The position numbers and the translations under genes are program-made. The notes under the pieces are model-generated. The model searched no databases and was not told the DNA's origin. It saw only the letters and a program-made list of their open reading frames with translations. DNA of 64,000 bases, taken from Capsulimonadaceae bacterium (lineage in GTDB: Bacteria > Armatimonadota > Armatimonadia > Armatimonadales > Capsulimonadaceae). The stretch spans positions 1,504,001-1,568,000 of the forward strand of contig OZ244065.1 of assembly GCA_965215505.1 (NCBI GenBank), given 5' to 3'. Positions 8,838-17,096 of the stretch are shown one piece after another. Positions within the stretch are counted from its first letter, which is position 1. Every line of letters begins with the position of its first letter.

Positions 8838-10448
8838 ATGAGCAAGACCGCTCACAAGCCAAACCTTTCCTTTGCAGCATTCTCCGTGATTTTCCTCTTC
8901 GTGCTGCTCCTCCTCGTTCTTCCCCAGCCGCACCTCTACGCGCAGGCACTCCAGAAGCCCGGCGGACACAGGTTCAACGCCCTCGCAGCGAAGAAGGCCA
9001 ACGCCCCTTTCCAGACCGACCTGAAGAAGCTGCTGTACCTGATTAGGCAGGACCGGTGGCAGGAAGCGGGGCCGTTCGCCTACGAGTTGGCAAAGCGCTC
9101 ACCGACGGTTGCTGACGCTGCTGATGCCAACGGCCTGTACGCACTGGTTCTGCTCCGAGGCGGCTACCCCCAAGAAGCGACAGAGGAGGCGAAGCAGGCT
9201 TTAGGATTAGACGCCAGGAGTTACTGGGCACTTGTCGCCTCCGGGCGCGTTGAACTGTGGAACGGTGAAGACGTGCAGGCAAAGAAATCCTTCCTGCGCG
9301 CGGCCCAGGTGCATCCGCAAGGCGCAGAAGCGCGGCTGGGCTTATGTTTCTGTGCGCGCCCTGGAAGCCCCGACGAAGCGAAGGCCACGTTCGCCTACCT
9401 CGCCCTATCACCGACCGGGCATCCACACGATCAGATCGTCGCGGGCCTCAAAAGCTTTATCATAGGGCATAACCTCCACCGGAACGCTTCGGCCAAGTCA
9501 TTCGAGGCTGACTACTCCCAGACGGCGCACCAAGTTCTTAATCATCACTCACCGAAAGACGTCCAGAAATCTCTTGTGGTCATTCCTCTAACGTCCGAAG
9601 ATACTGGCCTATTTGTCACTGCCGTTATTGACGGGCATCCCATGAAACTGCTCCTGGATACAGGGGCAGACGACATCACTCTCACCCGCCAAGCCGCTGG
9701 GCGTCTCTCCCTGGCTCCCCAAGGCACATCGACGGTTTCCGGCGTACAGGGAAGCGAACAGAGTACCGACTATCTGGCAAAGACCCTCCAGCTCGGCCCT
9801 CTGCGATGGACTTCTATCCCACTTCAAACAGCATCTATCGGGCATGGTGACGGCGTTCTTGGCATTGACCTCCTGCGGCACTATGTTGTCTGCCTGGACT
9901 TGGCGCATCATGCGATGCGGCTCACTACCAGCGCCGAGGCTCCTCTCGCGGGCAACAGCCGACAGCGTTTGCGATTTCGTGAGTATGAAACGAAGATCAT
10001 GTTCCCAGCACAGGTTGGGGGACAAAACGTTTGACCGGTTCTGGACACCGGCGCGACAATAACGACAGCATCCAAGCGCATTGCGGAAACCTTAGCGGCG
10101 AGCCTGCCTGCAACCGCGATCCAGAGGGGTGTCAACACGGATCAGATTACCATTGGGAAGACGAACACGAAGTTTTCCTATCTGGGTCTTAACCACCCCT
10201 TTGACATCGTTTTGGGCCAGAAGCCACTTCAAGTCACTTTGACGGTGCCGTATTTAGTGGGGGCATCTCCACTGGACGACCAACTCAGTCCTCGCCTGGA
10301 TTTCGAGGTTGGTATGCTCGTCGGTATGTCATACCTTCTGGCTTTCCAGCAGGTTACCATTGACTACACGCACCAAACCCTGTTCTTTGACAGACGCATC
10401 ACAGACAGCCTAGAAAAGCCGACACCTGTAACATCACCAATGCCCTGA
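8838..10448 (+). pseudogene. secreted TPR + tandem retropepsin-like aspartyl protease, interrupted by an in-frame TGA at 10032..10034
   Basis: Signal/TM segment, TPR-like helices, LLDTGA and DGVLG in domain 1; after the TGA the same frame continues PVLDTGAT...GMLVGMSYL...IDY to 10448. Confidence 0.75.
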
Positions 10449-10479
10449 CCGACATCAGCAGCCATGGGAGTGTCTCCCC

Positions 10480-10570
10480 CCTTCAGTGCCGCCATCGCGA
10501 CCTTCGGCGACGGCAAGTGCCACCAGCACGAAGGGGCGCAGCTACTGGCGGCCTAAGCCATCATCGCCCT
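10480..10570 (+). pseudogene. degenerate fragment of a Ca2+/H+ antiporter 3' end
   Basis: Aligns to 14063..14159 with a 6-bp deletion and TAC>TAA; reads FSAAIATF--GDGKCHQHEGAQLLAA*AIIAL. Confidence 0.8.
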
Positions 10571-10625
10571 CGTCGAAGGTACGAACGCCGCCTAGGGGAA
10601 CGGACCCGGAAGGTCACTGGACACG

Positions 10626-10862
10626 ATGAGCAAAAAACTGACTCTGCGAACCTCATCCAACCGACCGCCGACGGTCAGCGCCCCCGCAGAAGAGCAGGCG
10701 GGCGAAGCCGAAAGGCTGGACCGTGAGCTGAAGACGGCGGAACTCGAAACGCGCTTCCGCGAGGCGCTTGCCGGCGGCAAGATCACGGGCGACATCATCA
10801 CGAACGATGAACAGGGGAACGTCGTCGGCAAACCCAAAGGCACGAACATCTTTGACCTGTGA
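10626..10862 (+). CDS. hypothetical protein, 78 aa
   Basis: Host-like codon usage, protein-like composition; no recognised motif. Confidence 0.45.
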   Translation: MSKKLTLRTSSNRPPTVSAPAEEQAGEAERLDRELKTAELETRFREALAGGKITGDIITNDEQGNVVGKPKGTNIFDL

Positions 10863-10978
10863 GCCACCCATGCATACCGGCAAAAGACGGAGGCAATCCG
10901 CAGCAGAAACAAGGTATACTAGTAGACAGAATTAGTCAGCATGATGACAAGCACGGGGATGGGGCGAATGATGCAGCA

Positions 10979-11134
10979 GAAAAAATGCGAAAACGAACTC
11001 AGCCCCGAAGTCGGAGCGAGCAGCCAAACCCTTGTTCGCCGTGAACATCACGAAAATTGTCGAAACGAACTCACCGCCGGGAAGGGGCCGGACCGCACGA
11101 AAAATCTAACGCGAAAAATGCGGGAACGAACTCA
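10979..11134 (+). repeat. three degenerate 23-bp direct repeats ending AACGAACTCA
   Basis: Copies at 10979..11001, 11051..11073, 11112..11134 with unrelated 49- and 38-bp spacers. Confidence 0.7.
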
Positions 11135-11160
11135 TGGCGGGCGGCGGTCTTGACGCGCCC

Positions 11161-11189
11161 TTGACTCGGCCGCGTGCTGGGTGTAAAAT
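11161..11189 (+). promoter_or_regulatory. sigma70-type promoter
   Basis: TTGACT-17 bp-TAAAAT upstream of the 11244 ORF and corA. Confidence 0.65.
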
Positions 11190-11243
11190 GCTCGCTGCCC
11201 GAGACGCAGACGTGGAGCCGCAGGCAGGAAAGGGGCCGCAGAC

Positions 11244-11927
11244 ATGGAGATGGAGAAACCACCCGAGGCATCCGGCCGCGCCGGATACGCCCCGCCCCGG
11301 CGGCTCCGCCGGAAGCGACGCCCCGCCCGGCGTCGGCGCTCCCTGTTCGCCGAGGTCTGGGTGCAGGTCTTTTCCGTCGTATTGGGCATCCTCCTGGCCG
11401 TCGGCGTGGACCACTGGCGGCAGGCCGTCAAGGACAAGCAGGTCGCCGCCGAGTCCATCCAGGCCATCCGGCGGGAGATGACGGGGAACCAGACGCAGAT
11501 GCAGGGGGCGGTCCAGTACCAGGCGGCCCTCATGGAGTCCCTCGACAAGATATTGCAGGGCCACAGCCGCGACAAGACGATGACTTTGGAGGAGTTCCGG
11601 GCTGTGTGGCACACGGCGGCCCCGCACGGCCTGGGCATCCGCGTCCCCAGGCACATCGCCTGGGATACCGCCGTGGCCGCCCAGGCACCGGGCCTGATGG
11701 ACTACAAGACCCGCTCCCTGCTGTCGGGCGTTTACCAGTCCCAGCAGCTAATCGAAGACCAGCAGATGCACATGGCCCAGGCCTTCATGACGCCGGAGAA
11801 CCTGACCCCGTCCCGTCTGTATTACACCCTCGTCGTCATCGAGGCCAACCTGGAAGACATCCGCGCCAGCGAAGCGGGGACACTCGACCTCTACGGCGCG
11901 GCCCTGGAGCGCGTCCGGGGGAAGTAG
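11244..11927 (+). CDS. hypothetical protein with a single N-terminal TM anchor
   Basis: Basic N-terminus, EVWVQVFSVVLGILLAVGV helix, helical soluble domain; host codon usage. Confidence 0.7.
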   Translation: MEMEKPPEASGRAGYAPPRRLRRKRRPARRRRSLFAEVWVQVFSVVLGILLAVGVDHWRQAVKDKQVAAESIQAIRREMTGNQTQMQGAVQYQAALMESLDKILQGHSRDKTMTLEEFRAVWHTAAPHGLGIRVPRHIAWDTAVAAQAPGLMDYKTRSLLSGVYQSQQLIEDQQMHMAQAFMTPENLTPSRLYYTLVVIEANLEDIRASEAGTLDLYGAALERVRGK

Positions 11928-11973
11928 ACATACCCCGCGTCATTCCGATCACGCCCCATGCTCAAATCCCACT

Positions 11974-13044
11974 ATGCTCAAATCCCAATACTTCAGCGGC
12001 AGCGATCAGGGGGCGCAGGACGTCCCCGCAGAGCAGATCGACGCGCGAATCAAAGACAGGGCCGACGGCGGCGTCCTGTGGCTGGACATCGACGAGCCGA
12101 CGGAGGCCGACTTCGCCATGCTGGCCTCCGAGTTCGGGTTCCACCCGCTCGCCATCGAAGACCTCAAGCAGAGCGACCAGCGGCCCAAGGTGGTCGAGTA
12201 CGGCGACTACATCTTCGTGGTCGCCCACGAGTGGCGGCCCGCGCCGGGGCGCGAAGACCTCACCCGGCAGTGCGCCGAGCGCAGCGCCGAGGTCCACGCC
12301 TTCGCCGGGCCGAACTACATCGTCACCCTGCACACGGGCGACTCGCAAGGGCTGAAGACCGCCCGGAAGCGGTGGGAATCGAACCAGGACATGCAGCGGC
12401 AGGGTCCGTACTTCCTGCTGTACCTCGTCCTTGACTCGATCGTGGACGACTACTACCCGGCCCTGGACGCCTACGATGACCGGATCGCCACCCTGGAACA
12501 GCTCATCGTCAGCCCGCTCGCCCAGGAGTTCCACCTGTTCGGACGCCAGCCGCCCGATGAAGCCGACAGCCCCCTGCCGACACTCCTGGGCCTGCGCCGG
12601 GACCTGCTGGAGATGCGCCGCACCGTCGCCCCCCTGCGGGACGCCGTGAACGTCCTGCTGCGGCGCGTCGAGTCCATCGAGGACGACGAGCGCTCCGAGG
12701 CGCGGCGGCGGGACCGCGCCCGCGCCCTGTTCGCCTATTTCCAGGACGTGTACGATCACACTATCCGCGTCGTGGACACCATTGACACCTACCGCGACCT
12801 GCTTTCGGGCACGCTCGACGCCCACCTGGCCGTGGCCTCCAACCGCCTGAACGAGATCGTCAAGGTGCTGACGTCCGTCTCGATCATCCTGATGACCTGG
12901 GCCACGATCAGCGGCATCTACGGCATGAACTTCGCGGACATGCCCGAGCTGCACTGGCGCTACGGCTACCCCTACGCCCTGGGCCTGATGGCCTTGCTGG
13001 GGGCCGCCGAGTGGCTGTACTTCCGCCGCCGAAAGTGGCTATAG
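11974..13044 (+). CDS. corA: magnesium/cobalt transporter CorA
   Basis: FGFHPLAIED, QRPK, YGMNF signature, MPEL loop, two C-terminal TM helices. Confidence 0.95.
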   Translation: MLKSQYFSGSDQGAQDVPAEQIDARIKDRADGGVLWLDIDEPTEADFAMLASEFGFHPLAIEDLKQSDQRPKVVEYGDYIFVVAHEWRPAPGREDLTRQCAERSAEVHAFAGPNYIVTLHTGDSQGLKTARKRWESNQDMQRQGPYFLLYLVLDSIVDDYYPALDAYDDRIATLEQLIVSPLAQEFHLFGRQPPDEADSPLPTLLGLRRDLLEMRRTVAPLRDAVNVLLRRVESIEDDERSEARRRDRARALFAYFQDVYDHTIRVVDTIDTYRDLLSGTLDAHLAVASNRLNEIVKVLTSVSIILMTWATISGIYGMNFADMPELHWRYGYPYALGLMALLGAAEWLYFRRRKWL

Positions 13045-13095
13045 TAAGTGGCTCTGGGCGGACACCCGCGCCCCGCAATCGGGTACAATGCGCCC

Positions 13096-14187
13096 ATGAC
13101 CTCCCTGCTCCGCTTCTTTCGCGGCCTGAACGCGCTCCTGTTCTTCATCCCGGTCAGCCTCGCCCTCCACTACACCCCGCACATGAACCCGCTCTGGGTC
13201 TTCCTGGCGGCGGCCCTGGCGATCGTGCCGCTGGCCGGCCTGATGGGGAACGCGACCGAGGAACTAGCGGGGCACCTGGGGGCGTCTTGGGGGGGGCTGC
13301 TGAGTGCGACCTTTGGGAATGCCACCGAGCTTATTATCGGGCTGTTCGCGCTGCATGAGGGGCTGATCGGGCTGGTCCGGGCCTCCATCGTCGGCTCGAT
13401 CATCGGCAACCTGCTCCTCGTGCTGGGGGCCAGCATCCTAGCGGGCGGCATCAAGCACAAGATCCAGACCTTCAACCAGGACCAGGCCGAGACCCACGCG
13501 ATCAACCTGCTGCTGGCAACACTCTCACTGGCCGTGCCGGCGATCTTCGCGATCCACTACAACCAGGTGAACAGCCCGGCCAACCCCGACGTGGAACACC
13601 TGTCGCTCTGGGTGTCGGGCATCCTGCTGGTCGTCTACCTCGCCTCGCTCTGGTTCTCGCTGCGGACCCACGAGAGCCTGTTCCGGGACTGCGAGGCCGA
13701 GGCCGAGGAGGACCCGCCGACGTGGAACAAGCGGACCGCCTTTGCCGTTCTGGGCGTGGCGACGGTGCTGGTGGCGGCGGAGAGCGAGTTCCTGGTGGGC
13801 AGCGTCCAGGGGGCGGCGGGGCGGCTCGGCGTCAACCCGCTCTTCATCGGCATCATCGTGGTCGCCATCATCGGCAACGCCGCCGAGCATTCCACGGCCG
13901 TCTGGATGGCGATGAAGAACAAGGTGGACATCACCATGAACATCGCCATCGGGTCGTCCACCCAGATCGCCATGTTCGTCGCGCCCGCCTTGGTGTTCGC
14001 CAGCCTGTTTCTGGGCCACCCGCTGACCTACATCTTCACGGTCCCCGAGATGACCGCCATCGCCTTCAGCGTCGTCATCGTGACCTTCATCGCGGGCGAC
14101 GGCAAGTGCCACTGGCTGGAAGGGGCACAGCTCCTGGCCGCCTACGCCATCATCGCCCTGGCCTTCTTCTACTTGCCGCCGGGTTAG
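13096..14187 (+). CDS. calcium/proton exchanger (CaCA family, Cax/ChaA)
   Basis: GNATE and GNAAEH alpha repeats, GSSTQIA, WLEGAQLL; many TM helices. Confidence 0.93.
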   Translation: MTSLLRFFRGLNALLFFIPVSLALHYTPHMNPLWVFLAAALAIVPLAGLMGNATEELAGHLGASWGGLLSATFGNATELIIGLFALHEGLIGLVRASIVGSIIGNLLLVLGASILAGGIKHKIQTFNQDQAETHAINLLLATLSLAVPAIFAIHYNQVNSPANPDVEHLSLWVSGILLVVYLASLWFSLRTHESLFRDCEAEAEEDPPTWNKRTAFAVLGVATVLVAAESEFLVGSVQGAAGRLGVNPLFIGIIVVAIIGNAAEHSTAVWMAMKNKVDITMNIAIGSSTQIAMFVAPALVFASLFLGHPLTYIFTVPEMTAIAFSVVIVTFIAGDGKCHWLEGAQLLAAYAIIALAFFYLPPG

Positions 14188-14232
14188 GTTCCATAGCGCC
14201 GATTCCGGGTACGATGTGTGTGGAGGCTCGCC

Positions 14233-14706
14233 ATGAAACGTCTGCTCTTGCCCGCCATTTTTTCCGCACTATTCGCCGCGTCTGCGGCACTCGCCCAGGA
14301 CCCGGCACCCGTCAAGATGCGCCCCGCCAGGGCCGCCGACCGGGCCGCCGCAGTCAGTTCCATCCAGGCCCAGCTTAAAGCCTTCGGGCGGGACGACTAC
14401 AAGACGGCGGTGACGTATCAGAGTGCGGGCCTGAGAAAGAACTTCCCCTCGACCGAGGCGTTCCGGGCCATGATGACGCGGACCTACCCCGAGTTCGCCC
14501 ACTACAAAGCCGTCACCTTCGGCCCTGCCGAGAGCGACGGCACAGGGACCCACCTCGCCATCATCGCCTCCATCACCGGCCAGGACGGCGTCAAGGTGCG
14601 GGCGGTCTACATGATGGTGCGCGAGGCGAAAGTCTACCGCGTGGAGGGAGTCGCGGGCGGTGCCCAACTGCCCCCACAAGACAGCGGGGCGTCGCGGGAC
14701 GTCTGA
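14233..14706 (+). CDS. secreted DUF4864-like protein
   Basis: Signal peptide; IQAQLKAFGRDDY...FRAMMTRTYP pattern; GGAGG RBS. Confidence 0.7.
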   Translation: MKRLLLPAIFSALFAASAALAQDPAPVKMRPARAADRAAAVSSIQAQLKAFGRDDYKTAVTYQSAGLRKNFPSTEAFRAMMTRTYPEFAHYKAVTFGPAESDGTGTHLAIIASITGQDGVKVRAVYMMVREAKVYRVEGVAGGAQLPPQDSGASRDV

Positions 14707-14717
14707 GGCCGGCGGTT

Positions 14718-15467
14718 TCAGACGCGGTGCGGGCGGGCCACCGGCCCGCCCGCTTTTCGCGTCGCGTCCCGCCAGTAGGGCCGCAGGGCCGCGCCCAGGA
14801 TCGCCAGGGCGAGGCCGCACCACAGAACGGCCCAGACGGCGGGCGGCAGCGGGATGATCTGTGACATCAGCACGGCGTCCGAGACCGGCCCGCCCGGCAC
14901 CGAAAGCCCCACCAATGTCTTCAGGTCGTAGAGCGCGTTGACGACGCACTGCACGCCCAGGAACATCGCCGTCAGCTCGGCGGCCTTGGCGGAAGGCTGC
15001 CGGGCCGCCCCCAGCAAGCCCGCCGCGATGACGATCCCCCACCCCAGCCCGAACCCGTTCCGCACCAGAAGCAAATCCAGCAGCGCGATCAGGACGCCCG
15101 AGACGCCCAGAATGGCGCGGGCCGCGCCGGGCCGCCGCGCCAGAGTCAGCATCAGCGCGCCATAGGCCGTCGCGCCCAGATACCCCGCCATGACGATCAG
15201 GATGGGCCAGCCGCCCGCCGTCAGGGTGTAGCCCGAGGCGTCCGGCATGACCACGATTTTCTGCGCCACCCCGCCGGTCAAGGTCGCCATCAAGGCGTGG
15301 CTGCCCTCGTGGATGAAGGTCACGAACAGCCGCAGCGGGTACAGCGCGGTCGAGGCCACGGGGACGAACCACAGCCCGACCGTCAGCGCGCACGCCAGGA
15401 GCAGGCTGCCCAGGGCCGGTCTGGAGGGACTGGGCCGGGAAGGAACGGGGGCGTTGGCGGGTATCAT
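14718..15467 (-). CDS. M50B-like membrane zinc metallopeptidase
   Basis: TFIHEGSHAL (HExxH), AGYLG, SDA motif, multiple TM helices. Confidence 0.85.
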   Translation of the reverse strand: MIPANAPVPSRPSPSRPALGSLLLACALTVGLWFVPVASTALYPLRLFVTFIHEGSHALMATLTGGVAQKIVVMPDASGYTLTAGGWPILIVMAGYLGATAYGALMLTLARRPGAARAILGVSGVLIALLDLLLVRNGFGLGWGIVIAAGLLGAARQPSAKAAELTAMFLGVQCVVNALYDLKTLVGLSVPGGPVSDAVLMSQIIPLPPAVWAVLWCGLALAILGAALRPYWRDATRKAGGPVARPHRV

Positions 15468-15489
15468 AGTAACTCTAGGATACCTGCCC

Positions 15490-16140
15490 ATGCCCTATTT
15501 TGTTCCGCCCCGCCTCGCCGGGGACGCCGAGGTCGTCGGCGTCGGCGACGACCTCAGCGTCGAATCCCTGCACGGCGCCTACTCCCAGGGCATCTTCCCC
15601 TGGCCCATCCCCGGCTACCCCCTGCTCTGGTTCTGCCCGCCCCAACGCGCCGTGCTGGACTTCGACCGCCTGCACGTCCCCGAACGGCTGGCCCGCCTGC
15701 GCCGCAGCACCGCCCTCACCTTCACGATTGACCGCGCCTTCGACGCCGTCATCGCCGCCTGCCGCCGGTCGCCCCGCCCAGGGCAGGCGGGGACCTGGAT
15801 CACCCCGCCCATGATCCGCGCCTACCGTGCCCTCCACCAAGCCGGCCACGCCCACAGCGTCGAGGCCTGGGACGAAACGGGCGTCTTGGTCGGCGGCCTG
15901 TACGGCGTCGCCGCCGGCGGCGTCTTCGGCGGCGAGAGCATGTTCCACACGGCCCCCAACGCCTCCAAGCTGGCCCTGCTGTTCCTGATCGACCACCTGC
16001 GCGCGCGGGGCCTGGGCTGGATAGACATCCAGATGATGACCCCGCACATGGCCGCCCTCGGGGCGCACGAAGTCCCCCGCGACGAGTTCCTGGACCGGCT
16101 GGACGCAGAACACAAACGCGGCCTGAACCTGTTCGGCTGA
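15490..16140 (+). CDS. aat: leucyl/phenylalanyl-tRNA--protein transferase
   Basis: AYSQGIFPW, TWIT, GHAHSVEAW, LVGGLYGV, FGGESMF, NASK motifs. Confidence 0.95.
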   Translation: MPYFVPPRLAGDAEVVGVGDDLSVESLHGAYSQGIFPWPIPGYPLLWFCPPQRAVLDFDRLHVPERLARLRRSTALTFTIDRAFDAVIAACRRSPRPGQAGTWITPPMIRAYRALHQAGHAHSVEAWDETGVLVGGLYGVAAGGVFGGESMFHTAPNASKLALLFLIDHLRARGLGWIDIQMMTPHMAALGAHEVPRDEFLDRLDAEHKRGLNLFG

Positions 16141-16144
16141 CGGC

Positions 16145-16175
16145 CTGCAACTTTTCCCGCGTCCGTGTGTCTCAC
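16145..16175 (+). promoter_or_regulatory. ECF sigma-type promoter upstream of the ABC/aminopeptidase operon
   Basis: CTGCAACTTTTCCCGC-gtccgt-GTGTCTCAC; 26/31 identical to 38529..38559 upstream of the ECF sigma gene. Confidence 0.75.
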
Positions 16176-16210
16176 CTAATCAGTAACCCCGGCGATACGG
16201 AGAACACTGC

Positions 16211-17092
16211 ATGGACCTGGTCATTTCCCACCTCTCGAAAGTCTACCCGAACGGCGTCCGCGCCCTCAACGACATCTCGCTGACGATCCCAAGCGGCATG
16301 TTCGGCCTGCTCGGGCCGAACGGCGCGGGCAAGTCCACCCTCATGCGGACCATCGCCACATTGCAGGAGCCGGACAGCGGCTCGATCCACCTGGGCGACC
16401 TGGACGTGCTGGGCCACAAGGACGCCGTGCGCCGCGTCCTGGGCTATCTGCCGCAGGAGTTCGGCTTTTACCCGAACCTTTCCGCCGAAACCGTCCTGGA
16501 CCACTTCGCCACCCTGAAGGGGCTGACGAACAAGAGCGAGCGCCGGCAGGTCGTCGGGGCGCTCTTGCAGCAGACCAATCTTTATGAGGCCCGCAAGAAG
16601 AGCGTCGGCGGCTTCTCCGGCGGCATGAAGCAGCGACTCGGCATCGCCACTGCCCTGCTCGGCGACCCGAAACTCATCATCGTGGACGAGCCGACGGCGG
16701 GCCTCGACCCGACCGAGCGGAACCGGTTCCTGAACCTCCTCAGCGAGATCAGTGAGAACGTCGTCGTCATCTTCTCCACCCACATCGTCGAGGACATCCG
16801 CGAGCTTTGCAGCAACATGGCAATCATTGCGCGCGGCGAGGTGGTCGCCCAAGGAGCGCCCGCTGAAGTCGTCGAGCGGACGCAGGGGCGCGTCTGGCGG
16901 CGGACGGTGGAGAAGAGCGAACTGGCCGCCCTCCAGCAGACGCACCAGGTCATCTCCACGCGGCTGGTCGGCGGCAAGCCGGTCGTCCACGTCTACAGCG
17001 AGACGCCGCCGGGGGCGGGCTTCGCCCCCGCCGAAGGCACCCTGGAAGATGCCTTCTTTTACTACCTCGCGAACCCCGGAAAGGCGGCCTGA
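16211..17092 (+). CDS. ABC transporter ATP-binding protein (ABC-2 type)
   Basis: GPNGAGKST, FSGGMKQR, IVDEPTAGLD, STH. Confidence 0.95.
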   Translation: MDLVISHLSKVYPNGVRALNDISLTIPSGMFGLLGPNGAGKSTLMRTIATLQEPDSGSIHLGDLDVLGHKDAVRRVLGYLPQEFGFYPNLSAETVLDHFATLKGLTNKSERRQVVGALLQQTNLYEARKKSVGGFSGGMKQRLGIATALLGDPKLIIVDEPTAGLDPTERNRFLNLLSEISENVVVIFSTHIVEDIRELCSNMAIIARGEVVAQGAPAEVVERTQGRVWRRTVEKSELAALQQTHQVISTRLVGGKPVVHVYSETPPGAGFAPAEGTLEDAFFYYLANPGKAA

Positions 17093-17096
17093 CGTC

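Noticed and set aside
10032-10034. In-frame TGA as selenocysteine
   Set aside because: The position is not a redox Cys site, the adjacent hairpin is too short and too close for a typical bacterial SECIS, and TGG>TGA is simpler
10979-11134. Repeat-spacer pattern as a CRISPR array
   Set aside because: Only three degenerate, non-palindromic repeats with unequal spacers and no cas genes in the window; kept as an unexplained repeat
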